47,078 nucleotides of DNA from an uncultured Rhodobacterales bacterium (GTDB taxonomy: Bacteria > Pseudomonadota > Alphaproteobacteria > Rhodobacterales > Rhodobacteraceae), in the NCBI GenBank assembly GCA_964594465.1, contig CAZQMR010000001.1, forward strand, positions 1 through 47,078, written 5' to 3'. Shown in pieces: positions 36,666-45,721 of this stretch; position 1 is the first letter of the stretch; every line of letters begins with the position of its first letter. The notes under the pieces were generated by a model. The model was not told where the DNA came from. It made no database searches and saw only the letters and a program-made list of their open reading frames with translations. A program made the position numbers and the translations under genes.

Positions 36666-36856
36666 TCGTGACCTTTCACAGAGGTTGTCATTTCGGTTTC
36701 CTGGAAATATTCGGCTACATTGTTCATGCCAGCACAAAGGTCACAATTCGGTTACCCAGTTTAATGCTAAGGTCGCCATGATCAACGGCATAGAGAGCCG
36801 CATTTTGGCGGTCTTCCCGAACGCAGGTCCAAAGAACCGGCTTGGCCTTTACGGCG

Positions 36857-37834
36857 TCAGCCATGCCCGTCTCTTTCTTCAATCGGTTGCCAACCTGGCG
36901 GCATAATCAGAGTGTAAAGGCGATTTTGCCATCCGCTACGTCGCCGCAGATCGCGTGCTAGAGAAATCAGTTCAAACAAACCGATGCGCACCGGGTTTTG
37001 AGTTTCGATCGGTGTGGTCAGGCCGTATTGCACCGTCTCGACCTCTGGTTCGTAGGTGCCAAATAGCCGGTCCCAGATCACCAGAATTCCGGCATAGTTC
37101 TTGTCCAGATATTGCGGATTAGACCCATGGTGGACGCGGTGAACCGAAGGGGAGCTGAACACTCTATCGAACCAGCCGAGCTTGCCGATTTTGTCGGTAT
37201 GGACCCAAATCATATAGGTAAAAACGATCAGCATGCAGACCAATACCTGCGGCCCTGAAAAACCAATCAGCACAAGTGGGATAAAAAAGAAAACAATGGT
37301 CAGATCGATCAGCCAAAAAATCCGCAAAGAGGTGCTGAGGTCATATTCTTCAGAGGAATGGTGCACGCTGTGCAAAGCCCAGAAAAAGCGCACGCGATGC
37401 TCGGTTCGATGCATCCAGTAATAGGTGAAATCGGTGGCCAGAAGGCATAGCACCCAGGTCCAGCCTGTGACCGGAATTTGTATCAGCGCATAAGGCTCCA
37501 GCCATGCAAATCCAGCAATTACAACAAGGCCGTAAAATGTGCGTTGCAGGACCAGTGACACAGCTTGAAAGGATAGATTCGCAAGAGGTTCCCAAACCGT
37601 TTTGCGGTGACCGAAATACTTGTCCCATGCGATTTCTACAAGGATCAAGAGGACAAAGAAAATGCCGATAACCTCCAGATAAGTAAGAATTTCACCTATG
37701 GTTAACAGTCGATCAAGAAAGCCCTCGATCGGGTTTTGGGCCACTGCGTCTTCAAGGTTTTCCTGTTTCAAATCAATGCCCTCACTCCAGAAGCTGTTGG
37801 GCCAGCAATACCTGCCAATTGCTAAATCTGACAC
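36857..37834 (-). CDS. Fatty-acid hydroxylase / sterol desaturase superfamily membrane protein
   Basis: Three histidine boxes, 'HRTEH', 'HSVHH' and 'HRVHH', with several hydrophobic segments. GTG start at 37834 is uncertain. Confidence 0.8.
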   Translation of the reverse strand: MSDLAIGRYCWPNSFWSEGIDLKQENLEDAVAQNPIEGFLDRLLTIGEILTYLEVIGIFFVLLILVEIAWDKYFGHRKTVWEPLANLSFQAVSLVLQRTFYGLVVIAGFAWLEPYALIQIPVTGWTWVLCLLATDFTYYWMHRTEHRVRFFWALHSVHHSSEEYDLSTSLRIFWLIDLTIVFFFIPLVLIGFSGPQVLVCMLIVFTYMIWVHTDKIGKLGWFDRVFSSPSVHRVHHGSNPQYLDKNYAGILVIWDRLFGTYEPEVETVQYGLTTPIETQNPVRIGLFELISLARDLRRRSGWQNRLYTLIMPPGWQPIEERDGHG

Positions 37835-38222
37835 TTGAAACCGGCGTTATTGGCTCTGCATATTTGCAGATAGGGTCCACATTTTCGGGCATATCGTGCC
37901 GCTTGAAATGTAACTGCTAAGTGCGCGAGAATGGTCGTGAGGGGTCTCAAAGCTGTCCGTAAGATCATGTTAAGGTTTTCGATCTAACACGGAGCAGGGC
38001 TGGGCAGAGCGTAAGTTTAAAGAGTGCTTTGAATAAGTGTTGGAGTGGGGCTAATTTGTCTATTTTATTGGTCAAGACGTTGTCTTGCTGGCTTGGCGTT
38101 GCTTGCCGAAATGTTCGGCCGGACGTGACGCGTCAATCAGATATCACGCGATTCTCATATCCCAATTCAGGCACTAGCTGCGCTTCATTGCCATCTATTT
38201 GTGAGTTTCTGCGGGGGATATC

Positions 38223-41200
38223 ATGCTTCATCAAAATGTAGCGCATTCAGGCGTAGCCGATCGGACTTCGGTTAGCCGCAACGAGCCTATTGCGATTGTC
38301 GGTCTTAGTGGTCGGTACCCCGGTGGGGCCAACTCGCCAGAGCTGCTGTGGGAGAACCTGAAGGCTGGCGTTGATGCTGTCAGTGACATCAAAGGAGACC
38401 GCTGGGATCTTGGGTGGCATAACCCCGATGCAGACCGTCTGAACCGCATCTATGCCATGTCGGCGGGTTTGCTGGACAGGATTGACGGGTTTGATGCGGA
38501 ATTCTTCGGCATATCGCCGCGTGAAGCTCAACAAATTGACCCGCAGCAAAGACTATTGCTGGAACTGGCATGGGAGACCTTTGAGGATGCAGGCATCCCG
38601 GCCCGCACTGCGGCGGGGCAGGACATTGGCGTGTTTGTCGGGATTTCCAATAACGATTACGGGCAGATGGCTGAGGCCGGGACTGCCAATGCCTATTCCA
38701 ATACAGGTGTGGCTTTTAGCATCGCGGCCAACCGTATTTCCTACATTTTTGACCTTCACGGCCCAAGCATGGCTGTGGACACGGCCTGTTCGTCAAGTCT
38801 TGTGTGTTTGCATCAGGCAGTACAGGCCATTCAGGCTGGCCAGTGTCATGCGGCCTTGGCAGGTGGCGTGAATATTCTGGCTGACGTGCGCCCGTGGCTG
38901 GGCTTTTCGCGCGCCTCGATGTTGTCACCAGATGGGCGGTGCAAGAGTTTCGATGAAAGCGGGAACGGCTATGTCCGGGCTGAAGGTGGCGGGCTGGTCC
39001 TGCTCAAGCCGCTCAAGGATGCAGAGCGCGATGGCGACCATATTCACTGCGTGATCCGCGCAACCGGTGTGAACTCGGACGGCCGCACCCTCGGGCTTGC
39101 GATGCCAAACGGCGATGCACAAACAGCGCTGTTGCGACAGGTTTACGAAGGCAACGGGATCGCGGCTGAAGACGTGTTCTATGTCGAGGCACATGGCACA
39201 GGCACATCCGTTGGTGACCCGATTGAGTGCAAATCGCTTGGCACAATTCTGGGGGAGCCACGCAATGATGGCAGCCAGGTCCATATGGGGTCCATCAAGT
39301 CCAATATCGGACATCTGGAGTCTGCTTCAGGCATTGCCGGTCTGACCAAGTTGATCCTTGCGATGAAACACCGCGAGATCCCTGCCAACCTGCATTTTGA
39401 AACACCAAACCCCAAGATCGAGTTTGAGGATTGGAAGCTGAATGTTGTGGCAGAAGCGTTGCCCTTTCCCAAGCAGGAAAAGCCAGTGGCCGTGGGCATC
39501 AACTCGTTCGGATTTGGCGGGACCAATGCTCATGCTGTGATTGAGGAGTACAAAGGCGGTGCGGTTCTCTCTGTGGAGGCTACTGCCGATACGCCGAAGT
39601 TTCTGATGATCTCGGCAAGCTCCAACGAGGCTTTGGCCGATCTGGCGCGCCAGTACATTGAGATTTTGCGCAGCCCTGACGCGGATTGGGTTGAAATCGC
39701 ATCTGGCGCAGCCCTTTGCCGTTCTACTTTGCGGGTTCGCTTGGTTGTTTCAGCTGATAATGCCCCAGACGCCGCGAAGAAGCTGGAAAACTGGCTTGCG
39801 GGATCGGAAGAGCCGGGCACGCAACTTGGCGCATCAAACGCGGTCGATGTCCAGACGGCTTTTGTCTTTTCGGGCAACGGGCCACAGTGGTGGGGCATGG
39901 GTCGTGAGTTGCTGGCGGAGAATGCACATTTTCGTGCAGAGATCGAGGCAATTGACGCGATTTTTCAGCCGCTTTCCGGGTGGTCACTGATTGATGAGAT
40001 GGCGCGAGCTGAAGCAGACAGTCGAATCCATCTGACCGAAGTGGCGCAACCGATGCTGTTTGCGATGCAGTTGGGGCTTGTCGCGGCCTTTGCACAAGAA
40101 GGGATCACGCCGTCTGCGGTGTTCGGTCATTCTGTGGGCGAGGTAGCGGCGGCCTGTGCAAGTGGTGCTTTGACGCGAGAGCAGGGCACGCAGGTCATTT
40201 TCCACCGCTCCCGTGAGCAGGCTACAACTGCCGGGTTGGGCAAGATGGCAGCGCTTGGACTTGGTGAAGAGGCTGCTGCGAAGCTGATCGCGGAAGTTAG
40301 CGGTTGGTTGGAAATTGCTGCTGTCAATGGACCCGCTGCGGTCACGGTTGCTGGGGACGAGGTGGCCCTGACGACCTTGGTCGACAGGGTGATGGCAGAG
40401 GGCAGTTTTGCGCGGCTGCTGACGCTTGACTATCCGTTTCACACCAAGGCGATGGACGGCATTCGCGATGGGCTGTTGGCGGCGCTTACTGATCTAACGC
40501 CGAGCGAAACCAACATTCCCTTTATCTCGACTGTTAGCGGGCGCGCCAAGGCGGGCTCAGAGCTTAGGGCAGAATACTGGTTTGACAACGTGCGTCAGCC
40601 AGTCAAGTTTTCACCGGCAGTATCTTCGCTGATTGAGGATCATGGGATTGCGCTTTTTGTCGAGATCGGCCCGCATCCGGTTTTGAAAGATTACGTCACC
40701 CAAACGGCACGTGAGATGAGTGCGCCAGCGGTTGCGTTACAAAGCTTGCGGCGGCCCAGTCAGCGCAGCCCGGAATCTGACAAAGATAACCATTTAGATG
40801 CGATTGCGGCGGCCCATGCGCATGGCGCGAGCCATTTGCCAAAGCTCTTTGACCGCCCAACCAAGTTGCCAAATCTGCCGACCTATCCATGGCAGCGCAG
40901 TCGACATTGGCGGGGTCGTGTTGGCCTGCCTGATATGGTCATACCTTCCCAAAAAGATCATCCGCTGCTGGGCGCGCGTCTGCCGCGCACGGATGGTTTG
41001 TGGGAAATGGCGATGGACAAGAACCTGCTGAGCTATTTGCAGGATCATGTGGTGCAAGGCTCTGCACTATTCCCGGCAGCGGGCTATCTCGAACTGTTAC
41101 TGGCCTCAGCGCGTCACAAGCTTGAGCATGAGGGTATTCTTGATATCGAAACGCTCCAAATCGAGCGTCCGCTGGTTCTGCCGGCTGACCATGATCCGCT

Positions 41201-44200
41201 GGTTCAGACCTTGATTGATAGCCGAGATGGCTTTGCGGAAATCAGCTCGCGGCGGGATTCGAGTAGCAAGGACCACACAATTCACGTGCGCGGTCGCGTG
41301 AGTGCGGCAGAGGATTGTGCAGCCCCGGTTGCGGATCTTGACGCGCTGCGCACCCGCTTGCCGGTGCATGTGACGAGTGACGCGCATTATGCGGCTTGCG
41401 TGTTTCGTGGCCTGGACTATGGCCCGACATTTCAGGGCATCCGCGACATTCAGATGACGGAACCTACAGCGCAAACGCGTGAGGCGCTGGCCCATGTCCG
41501 GCTCGACTTTCTAGCTGAGGATGGCATCGAAGGATACCGCGCACACCCATCTGTTTTTGACAGCTGTTTGCAGACGACGATTGCGCTCGTTGCGCAAAAT
41601 GACAGCCGCAACATGTCGACCCTGCCGATCCAGTTCGAGCGGGTGCGCAGCTACGCGGTGCTTCCGGCGGACGTGCTGTGCCATGTCACGATTATCAGCG
41701 AGACGCAGCGATCTGTTGTTGCTCAGATCGACATTCTGTCGTTGGACGGCACGCTTTTGTTGCGGGTCGAAGGTGGACGTTGCATCAAGGCAAATCTCAC
41801 CGGAGAGGTCCTGTCACCTCAGACATCCGAATGGTGGCGTCTTGATGATACGCACGCCAATCAGGGTGATTTGCCGCCTTTGCCGTCCTTTGAAGTGATT
41901 GCGAGTGCTGTTGGCACAACTGGCGCGGATGATGCGCCGGTGGCCGACCGGCTTGACCAGATTGCAGCACTTTATGCGGTGGATGCCCTTGATTGCCTGC
42001 GCCCGGATACGGCGCGGTTCAGCCTGTCCAGTTTTGCGCGGCATGCCCGGATCGGGCGCAAATCCACGGCGCTTTTGACCCGTTTGCTTGAGATCGCGGA
42101 GAAGGCCGGTCAGGTCACTCAGGACGGCAAGGATTGGGTTTGGAATGCGGACGCGCGTGGCTCGGTGGACGAGCTTTGGGCTGATACCTTCTGCAACCAT
42201 CCTGACCATCAGGCCGAGCTATTGCTTTTGTCAGAGCTTGGCGAAGGTCTTGTGGCCCGCCTCAAGGGGGAGGATGCGCCCGAGGCAAGTGCGGGCTTAC
42301 TGGATCAGGTGCAGGATGTGGCTCCGTTTGCGGCAGACGCCAATAGTCTGTGCCTTGATGCCCTTCGGGCGTTGGTTGAAAACTGGCCTTCCGATCGCCC
42401 GATGCGGGTGCTTGAAATCGGTGGTGGCAGTGGTGGTCTGGCGTCATGGCTGTTGCCGGTCTTCCCGGCTGAACGGACTGATTATGTGCTGACCGATCCT
42501 TCAGAGACGCATATTGCGCGGGCTGAACGTCGCCTCAAGGGACATGGATTTTTGCGGACAGCGCCGCTTTCAACAAGCCTGAGCGCGGAAGAACAAGGGT
42601 TTACGCGCGGGTATTTTGATCTGGTGATTGCGGGCGGTCTTGCTGGGTTCGGGTCGTCTGCTGCGCAGATGTTGGAGGCCTTGCGTCCTGTGCTGGCAGA
42701 TGGTGCCGTGATGCTTGCTCCTGTGCCGCCACACGGTGCTGCATCGGCGTTGATGCTTGGCGATCTGGCGGATGTTTCTGCGGGCTTGCTGGAGACGGCT
42801 GGATTTGCGCAAACTGCACAGCTTTTACGAGGGCGTTCCGGCCTCATACTAGGCCGTCATTCGCGCACCGTTGAGCCACGCCCAGCACCACAGATGGAGC
42901 GCGCGACCTATTTGCTGGTGGCCGAAGATTCGGGTGATTTTGCGAATGAAGTTAGTGCGGCGCTTTGCACAAGCGGCCATCTTGCCTCGGTCATTGAGGT
43001 TCCGACAGCAACGGGTGATGCGGCCAAAGAGCAATTGCTGGACGCGATCAAGTCGACCCGTGCGGACCATGTGGTGTTTCTTGGCGCGCAATCGCCGCAG
43101 GCGACACCCAACGGCGTGTTTGGGGCGCAATCACATCGCACGCTGAGCGCTGTTGCACTTGTTTTAGCGATGGAAGAGGCCCGTCAGGACATGGATTGCG
43201 ATCTGACGCTTGTGACCCGAGGCGCGTTCAAATCGGCCTTTGGGGGTGCCCCGCTCGATCCGGCAGAAGCTGCCCTTTGGGGCATGGGTCGTGTCATCGG
43301 CAATGAGCATTTCGGACTGGCCACGCGCCTTGTCGATTTGCACGCAAGGCAGGAAGGCCCGATTGAGGCAAACTGGCTGGCACAAGAGTTGTCCCGCCAG
43401 GATGACGAGACCGAAGTCCAGCTTGCAGCAGGCCACCGCTTTGTGAACCGCGAACGGGTGAATGCGCCCGTGGATCAGGACCAGCGAGGCCGTGGTGAGA
43501 ACGGCGCGTTTTTCCTTGATTTTGCCGCCAAAGGTGGCCTCGACAGCTTGCATTTGCGGGGCTTGGAGCGTCGTGTGCCCGCGGCTCAGGAAATTGAAAT
43601 TGCAGTCAAAGCTGCCGGGCTCAATTTCCGCGACGTGTTGTGGTGCATGGGCATGTTGCCGGAAGAAGCGGTAGAGCACGGGTTCTCCGGGCCGACCATT
43701 GGTATGGAATGTGCAGGCGAAGTTGTCCGTGTGGGGGCGGATGTCACGGAATTTGCGCCCGGCGATCGTGTGTTGTCGTTTGCGTCTTCTTGCTTTGCCA
43801 GCCATGTGGTCACGCATCAAAAATCGGTTGAGAAGATGCCAGAGGGCATGAGTTTTGCCGAGGCTGCTACAATTCCGACCACCTTCCTGACCGCATGGTA
43901 CGGTCTGGACTACCTTGCCCGGCTTGAGCCGGGGGAAACGATCCTAATCCATGGGGCTGCTGGCGGTGTTGGTCTTGCGGCAATCCAGATTGCCAAGGCC
44001 AAGGGCGCGGTTGTGATTGGCACGGCTGGCTCGCCGGGCAAACGGCGGATGCTGGAGTTGTTGGGCGTGGATCATGTGCTTAACTCTCGCACGCTGGAGT
44101 TCAGCGATCAGGTGATGGAACTCACCAATGGCGAGGGGGTCGATGTTGTGCTGAACTCGCTGGCAGGCGAGGCGATCCTCAAGGGGCTGAACTGCTTGCG

Positions 44201-45671
44201 TCCGTTTGGCCGGTTCCTAGAAATCGGCAAGCGCGATCTTTATGCCAACAGTCGAATTGGGTTGCGACCATTCCGCAATAATCTTTCCTACTTTGGCATT
44301 GATGCGGATACATTGCTTGTCCACCGTGCAGCCCTAGCTCAGCGGCTTTTTGGCGAGGTGATCGCGCAATTTGGCACCGGTGTGCTAAAGCCGTTGCCGC
44401 ATCAGGTTATGCCAATTTCCCGCGCGAGTGAGGCCTTTCGAGCCATGCAGCAGTCGCGCCATGTTGGTAAGCTTGTGATTTCGCTGGAACGTGACGCATT
44501 GGAAACCCTGCCGGTGGTGCGGGTGGCTTCATCGGTGCGCGCAGGCGGCACTTACCTTGTGACGGGTGGTCTGGGCGGCTTTGGCCTTGCCACCGCACGC
44601 TGGCTTGTGGAGCGGGGCGCAGATTCTTTGGCGCTGGTTTCGCGAAGTGGGGCAAAAAGCGATGAGGCAAAGGTCGCTTTGGCCGAGTTTTCCGAGGCAG
44701 GCATAACCGTGCGTGCCTTTGCGGCAGATGTCTCAAACGAGGCAGAAGTAGCCGCCGTGCTGGACAGTGTTCGCGCAGACATGTCTCCGCTTATTGGGGT
44801 CATTCACTCCGCCGCCGTGATCGAGGATGCACCCATTGCAAGCATGACGGCCGAACAAGTGGAACACGTTTATTTGGCCAAGATGATCGGCGCGCATAAC
44901 CTGCATAATCTGACGCAAAATGACCCGCTGGAGATGTTTGTTCTGTATTCCTCTGCCAGTGCGGTTGTCGGCAATCCGGGGCAGGGGGCTTATGTCGCGG
45001 CCAACCTTTATCTGGACGCTCTTGCCCAGTACCGGCACGCCAATGGCCAGCCAGCGCTTGCCATCGGTTGGGGTGCGATACGGGATGCAGGCTTTTTGAC
45101 CCGCAATGAAAACGTCGTGGATATGCTGAAGTCCCGCACCGGGCTTGAAGCGACCCCTGCCCAAGACGCATTGGATGACTTGGACAGGGTGCTGTCGGCG
45201 GGTGCTTCGCGTGTCAGCGTTGCACGGTTTGATATGCAGCGGCTCCAGCAGATTTTGCCAGCCGCTCAAACACCCCGCTTTGCACCGATCATGCCCAGCA
45301 AGGCTGACGCGGCACTAGCCGGTGAGGAGGATCTTGGCGAGCTGCTTAGCGCCATGCCAAAGCCCGAGCGGCGTGGGTTTGTGCTTGAGCGGATCATGGA
45401 GAACACGGCGAAAGTTCTTGGGACCTCCGCTGACCAGATCGATGCGAGCAAGCCACTATCGGATCTTGGTCTTGACTCGTTGATGGCTGTTGAACTCGCG
45501 GGTGCGATTGAACGGGATGTGGGGCAACCCATACCGGTGATGCAGCTTTTGGGCGTGCCATCACTGTCTGGCGTGGTGGATCTTGTCGCCAAAATTCTGG
45601 GAATTGAACTTGATGCAGCTCTGCCTTCGGACGCGGGTTCAGCCGATAGAGAAGACCTGAAGACTGAGTAG
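38223..45671 (+). CDS. Type I polyketide synthase, single fully reducing module: KS-AT-DH-MT(like)-ER-KR-ACP
   Basis: 2482 aa. KS aa 21-443 (nt 38283-39551): DTACSSS with Cys189 at 38787-38789, EAHGTGT, NIGHLE. AT aa ~545-835 (nt ~39855-40727): GHSVG with Ser637 at 40131-40133, YPFH at 737-740. DH aa ~910-1195: HPLLGARLP with His913 at 40959-40961, YGPTFQG. MT-like aa ~1370-1545: LEIGGGSGG at 42411-42437. ER aa ~1760-2090: HGAAGGVGLAA at 43950-43982. KR aa ~2105-2295: TGGLGGFG at 44562-44585, Tyr2257. ACP aa ~2380-2460: LGLDSL with Ser2419 at 45477-45479. There is no TE or R domain. Confidence 0.92.
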   Translation: MLHQNVAHSGVADRTSVSRNEPIAIVGLSGRYPGGANSPELLWENLKAGVDAVSDIKGDRWDLGWHNPDADRLNRIYAMSAGLLDRIDGFDAEFFGISPREAQQIDPQQRLLLELAWETFEDAGIPARTAAGQDIGVFVGISNNDYGQMAEAGTANAYSNTGVAFSIAANRISYIFDLHGPSMAVDTACSSSLVCLHQAVQAIQAGQCHAALAGGVNILADVRPWLGFSRASMLSPDGRCKSFDESGNGYVRAEGGGLVLLKPLKDAERDGDHIHCVIRATGVNSDGRTLGLAMPNGDAQTALLRQVYEGNGIAAEDVFYVEAHGTGTSVGDPIECKSLGTILGEPRNDGSQVHMGSIKSNIGHLESASGIAGLTKLILAMKHREIPANLHFETPNPKIEFEDWKLNVVAEALPFPKQEKPVAVGINSFGFGGTNAHAVIEEYKGGAVLSVEATADTPKFLMISASSNEALADLARQYIEILRSPDADWVEIASGAALCRSTLRVRLVVSADNAPDAAKKLENWLAGSEEPGTQLGASNAVDVQTAFVFSGNGPQWWGMGRELLAENAHFRAEIEAIDAIFQPLSGWSLIDEMARAEADSRIHLTEVAQPMLFAMQLGLVAAFAQEGITPSAVFGHSVGEVAAACASGALTREQGTQVIFHRSREQATTAGLGKMAALGLGEEAAAKLIAEVSGWLEIAAVNGPAAVTVAGDEVALTTLVDRVMAEGSFARLLTLDYPFHTKAMDGIRDGLLAALTDLTPSETNIPFISTVSGRAKAGSELRAEYWFDNVRQPVKFSPAVSSLIEDHGIALFVEIGPHPVLKDYVTQTAREMSAPAVALQSLRRPSQRSPESDKDNHLDAIAAAHAHGASHLPKLFDRPTKLPNLPTYPWQRSRHWRGRVGLPDMVIPSQKDHPLLGARLPRTDGLWEMAMDKNLLSYLQDHVVQGSALFPAAGYLELLLASARHKLEHEGILDIETLQIERPLVLPADHDPLVQTLIDSRDGFAEISSRRDSSSKDHTIHVRGRVSAAEDCAAPVADLDALRTRLPVHVTSDAHYAACVFRGLDYGPTFQGIRDIQMTEPTAQTREALAHVRLDFLAEDGIEGYRAHPSVFDSCLQTTIALVAQNDSRNMSTLPIQFERVRSYAVLPADVLCHVTIISETQRSVVAQIDILSLDGTLLLRVEGGRCIKANLTGEVLSPQTSEWWRLDDTHANQGDLPPLPSFEVIASAVGTTGADDAPVADRLDQIAALYAVDALDCLRPDTARFSLSSFARHARIGRKSTALLTRLLEIAEKAGQVTQDGKDWVWNADARGSVDELWADTFCNHPDHQAELLLLSELGEGLVARLKGEDAPEASAGLLDQVQDVAPFAADANSLCLDALRALVENWPSDRPMRVLEIGGGSGGLASWLLPVFPAERTDYVLTDPSETHIARAERRLKGHGFLRTAPLSTSLSAEEQGFTRGYFDLVIAGGLAGFGSSAAQMLEALRPVLADGAVMLAPVPPHGAASALMLGDLADVSAGLLETAGFAQTAQLLRGRSGLILGRHSRTVEPRPAPQMERATYLLVAEDSGDFANEVSAALCTSGHLASVIEVPTATGDAAKEQLLDAIKSTRADHVVFLGAQSPQATPNGVFGAQSHRTLSAVALVLAMEEARQDMDCDLTLVTRGAFKSAFGGAPLDPAEAALWGMGRVIGNEHFGLATRLVDLHARQEGPIEANWLAQELSRQDDETEVQLAAGHRFVNRERVNAPVDQDQRGRGENGAFFLDFAAKGGLDSLHLRGLERRVPAAQEIEIAVKAAGLNFRDVLWCMGMLPEEAVEHGFSGPTIGMECAGEVVRVGADVTEFAPGDRVLSFASSCFASHVVTHQKSVEKMPEGMSFAEAATIPTTFLTAWYGLDYLARLEPGETILIHGAAGGVGLAAIQIAKAKGAVVIGTAGSPGKRRMLELLGVDHVLNSRTLEFSDQVMELTNGEGVDVVLNSLAGEAILKGLNCLRPFGRFLEIGKRDLYANSRIGLRPFRNNLSYFGIDADTLLVHRAALAQRLFGEVIAQFGTGVLKPLPHQVMPISRASEAFRAMQQSRHVGKLVISLERDALETLPVVRVASSVRAGGTYLVTGGLGGFGLATARWLVERGADSLALVSRSGAKSDEAKVALAEFSEAGITVRAFAADVSNEAEVAAVLDSVRADMSPLIGVIHSAAVIEDAPIASMTAEQVEHVYLAKMIGAHNLHNLTQNDPLEMFVLYSSASAVVGNPGQGAYVAANLYLDALAQYRHANGQPALAIGWGAIRDAGFLTRNENVVDMLKSRTGLEATPAQDALDDLDRVLSAGASRVSVARFDMQRLQQILPAAQTPRFAPIMPSKADAALAGEEDLGELLSAMPKPERRGFVLERIMENTAKVLGTSADQIDASKPLSDLGLDSLMAVELAGAIERDVGQPIPVMQLLGVPSLSGVVDLVAKILGIELDAALPSDAGSADREDLKTE

Positions 45672-45721
45672 TTCGGAGCAGTTTTGCTTTGAGAGTAATA
45701 GTAATGAGAGCGGGTTGAACA

